64,000 nt of DNA from an uncultured Alphaproteobacteria bacterium (GTDB lineage Bacteria > Pseudomonadota > Alphaproteobacteria > RF32 > CAG-239). Shown in pieces: positions 47,446 through 56,621 of this stretch. The translations under genes were made by a program, and so were the position numbers. The notes beneath the pieces are model-generated. The model did not search any database and was not told the DNA's origin. It saw only the letters and a program-made list of their open reading frames with translations. Within the stretch, counting starts at the first letter, position 1. Each line of letters begins with the position of its first letter. The stretch is from positions 38,877 to 102,876 of the forward strand of contig CASZWJ010000004.1 in the NCBI GenBank assembly GCA_949493535.1. Direction: 5' to 3'.

Positions 47446-48142
47446 CAGGCTTTTTGCCTAAAATAAAATCGGCGGCGGCGGCAAGCCCCTCTTCCGAAAT
47501 GCGGTGCTGTCCGTTTTCAATGACTTTTGTTTCAACATTGCAGCCGATTTTTTCCAAATTCTTTTGAGTAAAATCCAATGCTTCAAAGCGGACAAGATTA
47601 TCGCCGTTGCCATGTATCAACAACGCGTCCGGCGTTGAATGCCAATGTTTCTGCAAAAAACTGTGCGATGCCAATATGCCGCTGAAGCTGACAACGCCGC
47701 CGATTTTATTTTCGCGCATTAAGGCGGTATAAAGCGCCAGCATTGCCCCTTGCGAAAAACCGCAAAGATACAAATTTTTGTCTTCCAGCTGATATTCGTT
47801 CAGGCAATTGTCAATATATTCGTCAAGATATGTTCGGGCTTCTTCCAAACCCAGCGCCATTTTATCATAAATGGCAACGCATTCGTCCATTGTCGCAACC
47901 GTCTTGCGTTCATCATTCGGGTCAAAGCGGTGCATAGAATACCATTGGCGCTTGTCTTCCAAAACCTCGCAAGAAATCGGCGCCTGCGGCAAATGGATTG
48001 CCGTATTGTCAAAGCGGCAGATAAAATCTTTGAGAGTATTGTTCAGGTAATCTGCGTTATCAATATAGCCATGCAGAAAGATAATCAAACGCTGCGGTAC
48101 GCCGTTGACATGGACAATTTCTTCATTAATCGTATTCAGCAT
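47423..48142 (-). CDS. Alpha/beta-hydrolase of the phospholipase/carboxylesterase family
   Basis: 239 aa with the nucleophile elbow LYLCGFSQGAMLALYTAL (GxSxG) and an Asp/His-containing C-terminal part (LIHGNGDNLV...). It is convergent with the SBP gene and overlaps it by 23 nt. Confidence 0.75.
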   Translation of the reverse strand: MLNTINEEIVHVNGVPQRLIIFLHGYIDNADYLNNTLKDFICRFDNTAIHLPQAPISCEVLEDKRQWYSMHRFDPNDERKTVATMDECVAIYDKMALGLEEARTYLDEYIDNCLNEYQLEDKNLYLCGFSQGAMLALYTALMRENKIGGVVSFSGILASHSFLQKHWHSTPDALLIHGNGDNLVRFEALDFTQKNLEKIGCNVETKVIENGQHRISEEGLAAAADFILGKKPARKKIAI

Positions 48143-48296
48143 TGCTTTTTCCGTTACAGAGAATCGCTTTCGTTTGGAATATAGTCCCGATTGGCTAAAT
48201 AAAAAGTAAACATACTTTCAAAAAATTAAACTTTTGCAAGGATTAATATTGCCAAATAATTTATTTCAATTAGTCTGTTTATATGGAGAAAAAGTG

Positions 48297-48689
48297 ATGA
48301 GAAAAATATTTATGATATTGCTTTTAATTGTACTGGGTGCTTGCCAAGCAACGGCTGAACAAGAACAAAGATTTGTCAATCCGTTGTTTTATAAAACGAT
48401 GGAACCGGTTTCAACCATGGCATGGCGGACAAAAATTACGCCGACTTCTGTGGTTCGTGACAATAAGGGTACAGTTTTAGAGCAAAAATGTACCCTTGTC
48501 GAAAACACCATGGAAGCTGTCACGCTTAACTGCGAAGGCGCTTACGAAAAAGAAATCCGAACCTTATACCGCTTTGTCCTTAAAGGAAATAACGGCAGAG
48601 GAATGATTATATATATGCACGATAAATATCCACGTGAAGAGATATTCTCCAATCAGGAAACGTTCATTATTTATGAATATAATCAATAG
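48297..48689 (+). CDS. Small secreted protein/lipoprotein, paralog 1 (130 aa)
   Basis: GGAGAAAAAGTG RBS. Signal peptide MRKIFMILLLIVLGAC, with a possible lipobox. The mature N-terminus QATAEQEQRFVNPLFYKTMEPVSTMAWRTKITPTS... is near-identical at the DNA level to paralog 2. Confidence 0.5.
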   Translation: MRKIFMILLLIVLGACQATAEQEQRFVNPLFYKTMEPVSTMAWRTKITPTSVVRDNKGTVLEQKCTLVENTMEAVTLNCEGAYEKEIRTLYRFVLKGNNGRGMIIYMHDKYPREEIFSNQETFIIYEYNQ

Positions 48690-48742
48690 TCTAATCTTCT
48701 GATTTTACGGATTTCATCTTCTGTTTATACGGAGAAAAAGTG

Positions 48743-49132
48743 ATGAAAAAAATATTTACATTCATATCCTTAATATTACTCAACTGTTGCCATGCAACGG
48801 CTGAACAAGAACAAAGATTTGTCAATCCGTTGTTTTATAAAACGATGGAACCGGTTTCAACCATGGCATGGCGGACAAAAATTACGCCGACTTCTCTAGT
48901 TAGTGACAACAAGGGTACAGTTTTAGAGCAAAAATGCACCCTTGCCGAAAACACTATGGACACAGTCACGCTTGATTGCGAAGGCGCTTACGAAAAAGAA
49001 AAAAGAACCTTATACCGTATTGTCTCGCAAAAAAGAGATTCTGATGGGATTTTTATTGTTATATATTTTAAATCTCCCATAGAAGAAGAATATATTTCTC
49101 AAGATACATTTTTTATTTATGATAATCCTTAA
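48743..49132 (+). CDS. Small secreted protein, paralog 2 (129 aa)
   Basis: It has the same leader, RBS and first about 60 mature residues as paralog 1 (ATAEQEQRFVNPLFYKTMEPVSTMAWRTKITPTS). The C-terminal third diverges. Confidence 0.5.
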   Translation: MKKIFTFISLILLNCCHATAEQEQRFVNPLFYKTMEPVSTMAWRTKITPTSLVSDNKGTVLEQKCTLAENTMDTVTLDCEGAYEKEKRTLYRIVSQKRDSDGIFIVIYFKSPIEEEYISQDTFFIYDNP

Positions 49133-49830
49133 TAATTCAGCCTTTTGATTTTGCGGATTTCATCTTCAGCCCATTGGTTGCGTTTTATACCAACCTGGTA
49201 TCTATGTACATTATCTAATATTCCTTTAATGCTGCGCTTAGCAATAGCCTTATGTAAATTTGGCCAATTTATTGGCAAGACATTGCCGGTGTTATATTTG
49301 ATATCCAGTAAAACATTTTGCAGTTCCGGCGGAAAACGGTCAAAATCTTTAAACGTGTCCCGCAGTTCTTTCAAATCATTATTCACATGCATGTCATATA
49401 ACCGTCGTATTTCTTCATCGGCAATGCGCAGCGGCGTTTTATCCTCATAATAATCGGCTTTATAATTATTTCCTTCCATTTCGTGTAAAACATTTCGATA
49501 TTTAACAGCATCATCGGGACGAATCCTCCGTTTCTGCTCATCCATCCACTCCATGCTTCTGAATTTGTCTTCATCATCAATATTGATGCCGGCACCGATT
49601 GTAATTTTGCCCACACTGTCTTTATAGGGAAAATTTTTATTTCCTTCATGAGCTTTAATTATCGGATACATTCTTTCGCGAATCTCATGGTCAGGATCCG
49701 CCGCTTGCGCGGCGGTCCTTGACGGCGTGTTAAAAAATCCGGCGGATGCGTCAGGATTCTCGTTTTCTTTCTGCCGGCGCATTTTTTCCATCGGGTCTTC
49801 CTGAGTAATATAACGAATCAAGTTAGCCAT
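49129..49830 (-). CDS. Phage lysozyme-family protein (GH24 / T4-lysozyme-like catalytic region), last gene of the phage block
   Basis: IKAHEGNKNFPYKDSVGKITIGAGINID matches the GH24 pattern (E-G-x-x-L-x-A-Y-x-D-x-x-G-x-x-T-I-G-x-G) including the catalytic Glu. 233 aa with N- and C-terminal extensions. Confidence 0.5.
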   Translation of the reverse strand: MANLIRYITQEDPMEKMRRQKENENPDASAGFFNTPSRTAAQAADPDHEIRERMYPIIKAHEGNKNFPYKDSVGKITIGAGINIDDEDKFRSMEWMDEQKRRIRPDDAVKYRNVLHEMEGNNYKADYYEDKTPLRIADEEIRRLYDMHVNNDLKELRDTFKDFDRFPPELQNVLLDIKYNTGNVLPINWPNLHKAIAKRSIKGILDNVHRYQVGIKRNQWAEDEIRKIKRLNY

Positions 49831-49847
49831 ATTTCTTCTCCTCCTGT

Positions 49848-50045
49848 TTAATTTTCTTTAGGATATTTTGCTTTGATATCCTGCCATTTTTCTATCAGGT
49901 CTATCAGTTCATACGGCAAGTCGCCGCCGGCCTGAAGCACAAAGTCAAAAGCTTTCAAGATTGTATCCAACTGGTCGCCGACCGGCAGATATTTGTTGTA
50001 GGCGCGTTGTCTTTTTTCACGATAAGTCATTTTGGTTCTAGGCAT
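49848..50045 (-). CDS. Hypothetical phage protein (65 aa)
   Basis: Small ORF within the phage block. No recognised domain. Confidence 0.35.
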   Translation of the reverse strand: MPRTKMTYREKRQRAYNKYLPVGDQLDTILKAFDFVLQAGGDLPYELIDLIEKWQDIKAKYPKEN

Positions 50046-50056
50046 TTTATTTCTCC

Positions 50057-50452
50057 TTATTTGATTATTTTTCCGGTGGTTGAGATGACAGACGACAATA
50101 AATTGCGGTTGCCGCTGCGGCGCAGGTTTTCGTATTCCTGCTGATATTTGAAATTATTTTCGGCAATGTCTTCATAAGCTTCTTTAGCCATTCGCTGTTC
50201 GACGGCGGCTGCCGATTTGCTCGATGTGATGCCTATGGCGCCCAATCCAGCGCGGCGGTTTGCCAATTGCGTTTCAAGCAGATTTTTCCTCTTTTGGGCC
50301 GAGGCTTGGCGATTTGCTTCCATATATTTCATTCTTTGTTTATCAGCGGAAGCATTGTTCATCAGATTCATTGCCGTCATACCGACCGAAGCGGCCGTTG
50401 CCAGACTAATTCCTCCCATTTGTTTTCTCCTAATCTTTGGTTTTGATTTCAT
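50057..50452 (-). CDS. Hypothetical phage protein (131 aa; basic N-terminus, Ala/Gln-rich)
   Basis: It lies directly downstream of the tail tubular B-like gene, overlapping it by 23 nt. Possibly a minimal internal virion protein, assigned by position only. Confidence 0.35.
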   Translation of the reverse strand: MKSKPKIRRKQMGGISLATAASVGMTAMNLMNNASADKQRMKYMEANRQASAQKRKNLLETQLANRRAGLGAIGITSSKSAAAVEQRMAKEAYEDIAENNFKYQQEYENLRRSGNRNLLSSVISTTGKIIK

Positions 50453-52328
50453 TTACTGCCGAAAGCAGCGTAAAGGCGCAAGGCACCTCGCTTTTGATGC
50501 TCCACATCGGTTTTTCCAAATCTCTTATCCAACCGATAGAACGCAACTCAACGTCTCCGTTAAAAATTGTCGGAGGCGAATCCAAAATCTGATTGCGATA
50601 CATCTTTTTCAGCGGCACTTCAAAATAGCCGCTGCCAAAATCAAGTTTCAGCGACTTTGAAGCTATAATGCGAAACAACCCGTAGACCACACGGTAAGCT
50701 TTCGGCGGGAACGGACGCATAGCATCATTCATAAACGGCAGCGGTTCGATAATATGTTCATACGGCAGCCCGACCATAATTTCAGAGGCTTCTTCATTCA
50801 GCGTGATTTTGCCGTCAATAACGGGAAAAGAACCGACGGTAAATTCATCGGCGACAACCATCACTTCTTTGCCTTCCAAATAGTCAAGCCCGCTCCATTC
50901 CGCCTGAGGTTCTTCCGCTGTAAATCTTTTTCCGCAGTCTACAAAAAAGGCTTCGTCAAAAGTCTCCAAAAAGAAACTTTCTCCGCGTTTGACCACAAAA
51001 TAAATATCGTCGCCGATAACCGCCGTAGACATAAATTCTCCGGCAGTCTTAAGCCGGCTCCAGGCATTGACTTCTTCCGTCCGGTAAGTTGTCAGGCAGG
51101 AAACGCTCCCGTCTTCCAAAACAATGTATAAAACGCTCTCGTCCTGATAATAAACCGTGTCTTTCGGACTGCTGATAATGCCGCTTGAAAGCAAGGTTAA
51201 ATCTTTGGCCTGATAGGCCTGTTCGACATCGGCATATAAAAATTCGCGCAATTGTTTGCCACTTTGCGAAATAAATGTCGTGGCACCGTCAATATTCTGC
51301 GGCGGCAAGGTATAACGCGCATAGCTGCCGATGTTGGTTTGGCGGTTCAGCCTGATGCTTGACGGCGTGAGCGGTTCGCCCGAAACCATCCATTCGGCAC
51401 CGGTGGTAAAAACCAACAGATGTCTGGTGGAAACAACGCTGGTAATGGCATTAACCTGATCAGACAAAATGGCAAAATCTATCGCTTCGTCATCTTTGCC
51501 GGTTCCGATGTCAAAGTTGAACAAATCCGACGATTTTGACAGCCACATGCGGTTCGGCAGGCTTTTTGAACCGCCGATAACCATACGGTCCTGATGAAAG
51601 GTTACCGCATTCGGATACCCGCGTAAGGCCGAAAAAGCCTGCTCCTCCCAATCTGTCGTTCCGCCGTTGCCGGAAAGGTTTTTGTTAACCGTCGCATTGC
51701 ATTTGGCCGGCGAAGCAACGGAAGTTATTGTCACCTGACCGCCGTTTATGCGCAAACGGATCCCGACATAAGCCGAAGTAAAAATCTCTTTATCTGCGGT
51801 TAAAGTAATGTTGCCGGAGGTTCCGCTCGGCGTCAGTTTCGTTTTATGTTGGTAAAAATTAAAATACGGGCAAAAAACCTGCCCGCCTGACGTATAGTAT
51901 TCCCATTCTCCGATTTGCCATTCTTCATTGGCATTGCGGCTGATTTGGCGCGGAGCCACATCAGGATGCACAATAAGCAACGTGTCGGCACTCTGCGTCC
52001 AGTTGATGTTTTTAAGCTGTGCCAAAGTCCACGGCGTTTCCAATGAAGCAATCGCTTCGCCGTTTTTATAAACCGTCATTGTTTGATTAAGCAGGCATAG
52101 CAAATAAGTTTGTTCGGTATTAAATTCAAAAGCAATCAGGCGGGCCGATGACGGCAATTCATCAATAAAACGCAGGCCGCTGCGTCTCGAAACGCCGCCG
52201 GTCGGGTGAATTATGACATTTTGCAGCGTTTTGGCGCCGTTTTCAAAAATCCGCAAATCGCCGCGCCCGAATAAATTGGCCGAAACCTGACCGGCCGTAA
52301 AATTGCTTTTGACACAAATTTGACTCAT
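50430..52328 (-). CDS. Tail tubular protein B-like (T7 gp12-like), 632 aa
   Basis: Its position follows the gp11-like gene. The segment DFAILSDQVNAITSVVSTRHLLVFTTGAEWMVSGEPLTPSSIRL parallels T7 gp12 VSTNRIAILKYAVPFSEELLIWSDEAQFVLTASGTLTSKSVEL. Size class and beta-rich composition are consistent. Confidence 0.5.
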   Translation of the reverse strand: MSQICVKSNFTAGQVSANLFGRGDLRIFENGAKTLQNVIIHPTGGVSRRSGLRFIDELPSSARLIAFEFNTEQTYLLCLLNQTMTVYKNGEAIASLETPWTLAQLKNINWTQSADTLLIVHPDVAPRQISRNANEEWQIGEWEYYTSGGQVFCPYFNFYQHKTKLTPSGTSGNITLTADKEIFTSAYVGIRLRINGGQVTITSVASPAKCNATVNKNLSGNGGTTDWEEQAFSALRGYPNAVTFHQDRMVIGGSKSLPNRMWLSKSSDLFNFDIGTGKDDEAIDFAILSDQVNAITSVVSTRHLLVFTTGAEWMVSGEPLTPSSIRLNRQTNIGSYARYTLPPQNIDGATTFISQSGKQLREFLYADVEQAYQAKDLTLLSSGIISSPKDTVYYQDESVLYIVLEDGSVSCLTTYRTEEVNAWSRLKTAGEFMSTAVIGDDIYFVVKRGESFFLETFDEAFFVDCGKRFTAEEPQAEWSGLDYLEGKEVMVVADEFTVGSFPVIDGKITLNEEASEIMVGLPYEHIIEPLPFMNDAMRPFPPKAYRVVYGLFRIIASKSLKLDFGSGYFEVPLKKMYRNQILDSPPTIFNGDVELRSIGWIRDLEKPMWSIKSEVPCAFTLLSAVNEIKTKD

Positions 52329-52894
52329 TGCCTGACCTCCACCAAACTGAAATCTTCAAAACAAGACGGGGTGGATTGCTGCGCGTCAATCGAACGGGCG
52401 CGGCTGATTGAAGCTTCTGCCAATTTATTTAAAAACTCCGCGCGGCTTGAAGATTCCGTCAACGGAATACAAAATTCAAAAGCAAGTTTATTTATCAGCG
52501 CTTCACAGAAATAAGCCGGAAAAATATTTTCATCCGGCCGGTATATATAAGTCAGATTGATTCCGTTCAAGTTGGTATGCAGGCGGTCTTCCACAATGCG
52601 GTATTCAATGCCGCGCCCTTTTGAACCGAAACCAGCCGAAACAATCCGCAAAAAATCATTCGGCAGCTGATATGCAAAATCATAATCCGCCAAAGGGCAT
52701 GTCTCCAAACGCGGCAATTTTGCCTGAGCTACGGCAAAACTCCAAGGATAAGCGGAAAGCAGCCCGTCACGGATACAGGGGTAAAGGTTTGCCGCAACTT
52801 CGGCTTCGGCAGTCCCTTCTTCAAAAGATGTAATGGTAGAGGCTCCGATTTTGAGCAGAGCTTTGGAGCATAAGCTTATGCTGGTATAGGTCAT
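52325..52894 (-). CDS. Tail tubular protein A-like (T7 gp11-like), about 190 aa
   Basis: AGGAGA RBS 9 nt before ATG 52894. MTYTSISLCSKALLKIGASTITSFEEGTAEAEVAANLYPCIRDGLLSAYPWSF parallels the T7 gp11 N-terminus ([48 protein letters not shown]). The length matches gp11 (196 aa). Confidence 0.5.
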   Translation of the reverse strand: MTYTSISLCSKALLKIGASTITSFEEGTAEAEVAANLYPCIRDGLLSAYPWSFAVAQAKLPRLETCPLADYDFAYQLPNDFLRIVSAGFGSKGRGIEYRIVEDRLHTNLNGINLTYIYRPDENIFPAYFCEALINKLAFEFCIPLTESSSRAEFLNKLAEASISRARSIDAQQSTPSCFEDFSLVEVRQ

Positions 52895-52910
52895 GAGGTG
52901 TTTCTCCTGA

Positions 52911-52939
52911 TAAAAAAGGGAGCCTGAAAACAGGCTCCC
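52911..52939 (-). terminator. Rho-independent terminator inside the structural module, one small gene after the capsid gene (analogous position to T7 Tphi)
   Basis: On the minus strand the hairpin GGGAGCCTG-TTTT-CAGGCTCCC is followed by TTTTTTAT. Confidence 0.5.
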
Positions 52940-52972
52940 CCTCATTTGCCAATAGATGTACGGGTTAAAAAC

Positions 52973-53236
52973 TTATGCGGCAGGCGTATATGGAGCAATA
53001 ACCGCAACGGTGACGCTCTCGGAAGATACGCTGCTGACAGACAAAATTGCGGGCTGCGGCGCGTTTGCCGTATCTGCATTTACCAAAACCATATCTCCGG
53101 GTCTGGCAAACGGCGCAATTTCATTAAAATAACCGTCGGCTTTGACCGCGGCCAATTCGTCTTCGGTCGTGTAGTTCCACAGGGTGAAACCGTTGGCATA
53201 AGCCATTACGCTGAAATTTTTAGAATTATATGACAT
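52973..53236 (-). CDS. Hypothetical small phage protein (87 aa) following the capsid gene
   Basis: AAAGGA RBS before ATG 53236. MSYNSKNFSVMAYANGFTLWNYTTEDELAAVKADGYFNEIAPFARPGDMVLVNADTANAPQPAILSV... Possibly a minor capsid or decoration protein, assigned by position only. Confidence 0.35.
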   Translation of the reverse strand: MSYNSKNFSVMAYANGFTLWNYTTEDELAAVKADGYFNEIAPFARPGDMVLVNADTANAPQPAILSVSSVSSESVTVAVIAPYTPAA

Positions 53237-53264
53237 TCTTTTTTTTCCTTTCTTAAATATTGAA

Positions 53265-54089
53265 TTAAGCTTCTTTGCATTTGATGCGGACAACGCCGGT
53301 CTCGTCAATCAGGCAGGCGCCCTGGCTCATCATGTTATTGACGAAGTGGGCGGCATGGTCGCCGTGCCAGGTGATGTCTGACTTGACATCCTGTCCGGAA
53401 GCGTGGCCGACGGCCGTTTTATGGAAGATGAAGCAGTCGCGGTTGGTGCCGTTCAAAGGCAATCCGGTGTGCATAATCCAGTTAATGCCCAGCCATTTGC
53501 GGCTCTCAGTGCCTTTCAAAAACGGCAGGTTGTCGCCGGCATAGTCAGAACTTGAAAATTCAGGGATATTCAGCAGCGCATTCCACTGCAACGGGCCGAC
53601 AATGCCAAAACGCTGGCCGTCATCAGGAACATCTTTTTCATTAAGTTTGGCAAAAGCGTTCAAAATATCAGCTTTAGCCAAAGCTTTGCCATAATCGCCG
53701 ACATCATTGCCGTCAGACGCTTTGTTCAAAGCGCCGATAATCAATTCGTCGGTTTTGCGGCCCAAGGCGTAAGCGCCGGCGGAAGCAATCACGCGGCGTT
53801 CGTCAATGCTCATTTTGAGTTCATCCAAAGCATCGACCCAATCGCCGGCATAATAATCCTGCAGCTCGCATTCGACCGGAGAATGGTCTACGCTCATTAC
53901 CGGAACCAAACCATGGCGGGCTTTGCCGGAGGCGATGCCTTTGCCGACTTTTTGGAAAACGGTTGAAGAACCGATGACATCGTTCTTAAAACGGACGGTG
54001 TTTTTTAATTTAGAGCCCATTTGCTGATAAGCCAAATGGACATCTGCTTCAAAGTTTTTAATAAAAGACTTGCTGACTTGTGTTGTCAT
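53265..54089 (-). CDS. Major capsid protein, T7 gp10-like (274 aa)
   Basis: Its position follows the scaffold gene. The C-terminal region AAHFVNNMMSQGACLIDETGVVRIKCKEA resembles the T7 gp10 C-terminus (AKYAMGHGGLRPEAAGAVVFKVE). The composition is typical of HK97-fold podovirus capsids. Confidence 0.55.
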   Translation of the reverse strand: MTTQVSKSFIKNFEADVHLAYQQMGSKLKNTVRFKNDVIGSSTVFQKVGKGIASGKARHGLVPVMSVDHSPVECELQDYYAGDWVDALDELKMSIDERRVIASAGAYALGRKTDELIIGALNKASDGNDVGDYGKALAKADILNAFAKLNEKDVPDDGQRFGIVGPLQWNALLNIPEFSSSDYAGDNLPFLKGTESRKWLGINWIMHTGLPLNGTNRDCFIFHKTAVGHASGQDVKSDITWHGDHAAHFVNNMMSQGACLIDETGVVRIKCKEA

Positions 54090-54131
54090 AATTTATTACT
54101 CCTGATTAGTGATTATATATAAATTCTGTGG

Positions 54132-54842
54132 TTATTTTTCGGGATAAAGCTTTTCAAAGCCGCGGGTGATTTTGGCAATGTAAGCGCTGTCTTTGTCTCT
54201 CCAATATCTGGGGTCTTCCATCATCTTGCGCAGAGATGCTTCGCTCAGATTTTCAACCGCGCCGCCTTCTTTGCTCAAAGACGGTTCGGAAGAAGACATC
54301 ATGTTATACAAAGCAATAACGCCCTCTGCCGTCGAGCCAAGCGCATCATAAACTTCGGGGTTGACATTTTGTTTCGCCCAAGCAGAAATCTGGCGCGAGA
54401 CTTCATTAAACTTATCTCTGCCGCCAAAATGCCGGCTCAGTTTTTCCAATTGGCGTTCCGCTTCAAAATTGACGCCCATTTCGCCCAAAACAGGCAAAAC
54501 CCTTTCGCCGGCCAAGTCATAAACGAGCTGCGCCTGTTCATTAGTGAAACGCTTTTCATAAAACTTTTTCAAAATATCGTCATCAACGTCCAGCAGCGGC
54601 GACGGCGACTTGATTTGATATTTGTCATAGCTTTCGGGAATATTGCGCAGATTAGTTTCAACGAGATTGTCGTCTCTGGCAGCCAAATCGTTGTATGCCC
54701 GAACTAATTCCTCCAGCTTTACCTGTCCTGTTTTTTCATCCAAGAACTGTTCCGGCAAAGCTTTCGGATATTTGGCAAAGCTGCTCTCTGTTGAACCGGC
54801 TGAAGATGCTTCAACCAGATTTTTTTCTTTTTGTAATTCCAT
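54132..54842 (-). CDS. Putative scaffolding protein (236 aa, acidic, helical)
   Basis: It is located between the portal and capsid genes as in T7 (gp9). It is highly charged and helical (...KLEELVRAYNDLAARDDNLVETNLRNIPESYDKYQ...). Confidence 0.45.
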   Translation of the reverse strand: MELQKEKNLVEASSAGSTESSFAKYPKALPEQFLDEKTGQVKLEELVRAYNDLAARDDNLVETNLRNIPESYDKYQIKSPSPLLDVDDDILKKFYEKRFTNEQAQLVYDLAGERVLPVLGEMGVNFEAERQLEKLSRHFGGRDKFNEVSRQISAWAKQNVNPEVYDALGSTAEGVIALYNMMSSSEPSLSKEGGAVENLSEASLRKMMEDPRYWRDKDSAYIAKITRGFEKLYPEK

Positions 54843-54862
54843 TATTTATCCTTTCTAAAAAA

Positions 54863-55096
54863 TTATGATTGCCGTCCGCCGAGCTTTTCTATCAGCTTGA
54901 CTAAATGTCTCTGCCCTTCTAAGTGGCGCAATTCGTCACTTGAGGCATCAGGACCCAAATAACGCTCAACGGTCAAACGGCGCAAAAAAGAGAGGACAAC
55001 CATGCCCTCTCCGGTTTTAAAGCACTTGGCAAACGCGGCGCGGATTTCCTCATCGCCCATTTGCTCCGTGCAATAAATGTTACTATGCGGCGGCAT
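54863..55096 (-). CDS. Hypothetical small phage protein
   Basis: ORF partly overlapping the portal 3' end. Start uncertain. Confidence 0.25.
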   Translation of the reverse strand: MPPHSNIYCTEQMGDEEIRAAFAKCFKTGEGMVVLSFLRRLTVERYLGPDASSDELRHLEGQRHLVKLIEKLGGRQS

Positions 55097-56618
55097 TGTC
55101 AGAAGCTCCGTCGCCGAGTTCAGGCAATTCCAAATCAAGCGGCTGCTCGTTAATCAGTTTGGCCGGTACATTTAAAATTTGCCCGATTGTTTTGGCAGCC
55201 TCAAACATATTGACTGCTGCCATGGCACCGATACCCATTCCGGAAACAATGCCGACCCATTCGGAAATATTGCCGACATCTGCTTTGGCCTGAAGCATGG
55301 CCAGAGGAGATTTGTATTGCAAATCGACAATCTTGCCGTCTAAGTCAAAATTCAGGATATCGCCGCGGCGGCGCAAAATATGAAAAGCCCTTTTCAAAAG
55401 CGGCGTCAGCAATTCTGACTGCAAACGCCCGAAACTGGCGCCCAAAATCCGCGCAATTTCTGCCGAACGTTCCAAAACTTCGGTTGCCGTCATGTTCGGC
55501 GTTTCAACCTGAGACAAGCGGTCTGCCAATAAAGAATGGTTAATCCGCTTTTGCAGGTTTTCCAAAATAAGTTGAGAAACATCAAATTTACCCGGAGATT
55601 CCAGAGGCGTCAGCCCTTTGGAGCCGACAGCCTTCGGGATAATAGCTCCCGGAACCAGTTTGATATTGGCCGGATTTAAAATGCCGTCATCATCGGCCTG
55701 CCAAATGCCTGTCACCGAAATTGACGCGTTTTTCAAAATCAGTTCCACAACCTTGTTGGCCGTTTTGATATCCGGCAGCGCTTTCATGACCGGCGACCGC
55801 CCGTAAACTTCTCCCGGCGCTTTCAGCCAGCGGAAATTAATAAACGGCGACGTATCAAAAATGCCTTCCTTGACAACCAGATTTTCTTCGATGCCGGCAT
55901 TTTCATCCCAAACGAAAGCCGTATATTCATAACCGGCAGCGCCGAATTTGCCGTGTCTGGGCATAACGGCTTCAATCAAACTCAAACGAAAATCGCTGTC
56001 ATTTTTTGCCCTTTCCTGCCAGATCTCGGGAATTTCAACCTCAGGAAAACGCAAGCCGATTGCTTCCAATCGGATTTCCGAACGGCGAAAAGTCGTATCC
56101 AAACGCCCGTCAGCGCTTTCTTCCAGCGCAATTTCCCGCAGAGGAACCGCGTAAAAGCGAAAGGCAGAGCTTTCCCCAAGCGGCGCTTCTTCAAACATAA
56201 GGCAGGCTGTTCCCGCCGTTACCAAATCCAGATAACATTGGTGAATCTCAACCGCAAAATTAGAATGTTCAAAATTTTGAAGCATGATTTCTGATGTTTT
56301 CTCCAAGGTATCAGCTACTTGGCTCCGCTCTTCCGAAGTCAGTTCAGAACCTGCCTTTAAGCCGAACCATTTGGCCCAAGGCGGCGTCAGTTCCGCCAAA
56401 AGCGATGAGGCCAGCTGATCGACGGCATCGGGCGCGGTTCCGTCAAAAAGGTGAATATTCTTTTTTGAACCGCAATTTTCCGATACCTGCATTGAACAGG
56501 CATTTTCACGCTGCGGCAGCGCATATTCATAACACTCCTGCCAATGCGGTTCCCATTGCCGGCGCCGTTCTTCCGCTTTTTTATAACGTTCGATAAGTTT
56601 TTCGATTTTGTTGTCCAT
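55083..56618 (-). CDS. Portal (head-to-tail connector) protein, T7 gp8-like (511 aa)
   Basis: APGEVYGRSPVMKALPDIKT parallels T7 gp8 LDGESYGRSYIEEYLGDLRS. The size of 511 aa against 536 for T7 gp8, the acidic C-terminus and the position before the scaffold gene fit the assignment. Confidence 0.6.
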   Translation of the reverse strand: MDNKIEKLIERYKKAEERRRQWEPHWQECYEYALPQRENACSMQVSENCGSKKNIHLFDGTAPDAVDQLASSLLAELTPPWAKWFGLKAGSELTSEERSQVADTLEKTSEIMLQNFEHSNFAVEIHQCYLDLVTAGTACLMFEEAPLGESSAFRFYAVPLREIALEESADGRLDTTFRRSEIRLEAIGLRFPEVEIPEIWQERAKNDSDFRLSLIEAVMPRHGKFGAAGYEYTAFVWDENAGIEENLVVKEGIFDTSPFINFRWLKAPGEVYGRSPVMKALPDIKTANKVVELILKNASISVTGIWQADDDGILNPANIKLVPGAIIPKAVGSKGLTPLESPGKFDVSQLILENLQKRINHSLLADRLSQVETPNMTATEVLERSAEIARILGASFGRLQSELLTPLLKRAFHILRRRGDILNFDLDGKIVDLQYKSPLAMLQAKADVGNISEWVGIVSGMGIGAMAAVNMFEAAKTIGQILNVPAKLINEQPLDLELPELGDGASDNAAA

Positions 56619-56621
56619 TAA

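Larger units (their letters stand above)
48268..49165. repeat. Tandem direct duplication (about 450 bp unit x2); each copy carries a small secreted-protein gene and ends with a 22-bp copy of the 3' end of the adjacent phage lysozyme gene
   Basis: TCTGTTTATA(T/C)GGAGAAAAAGTGATGA...CAACGGCTGAACAAGAACAAAGATTTGTCAATCCGTTGTTTTATAAAACGATGGAACCGGTTTCAACCATGGCATGGCGGACAAAAATTACGCCGACTTCT is shared by both units. TGATTTT(A/G)CGGATTTCATCTTC occurs at 48697-48718 and at 49143-49164. Confidence 0.6.
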
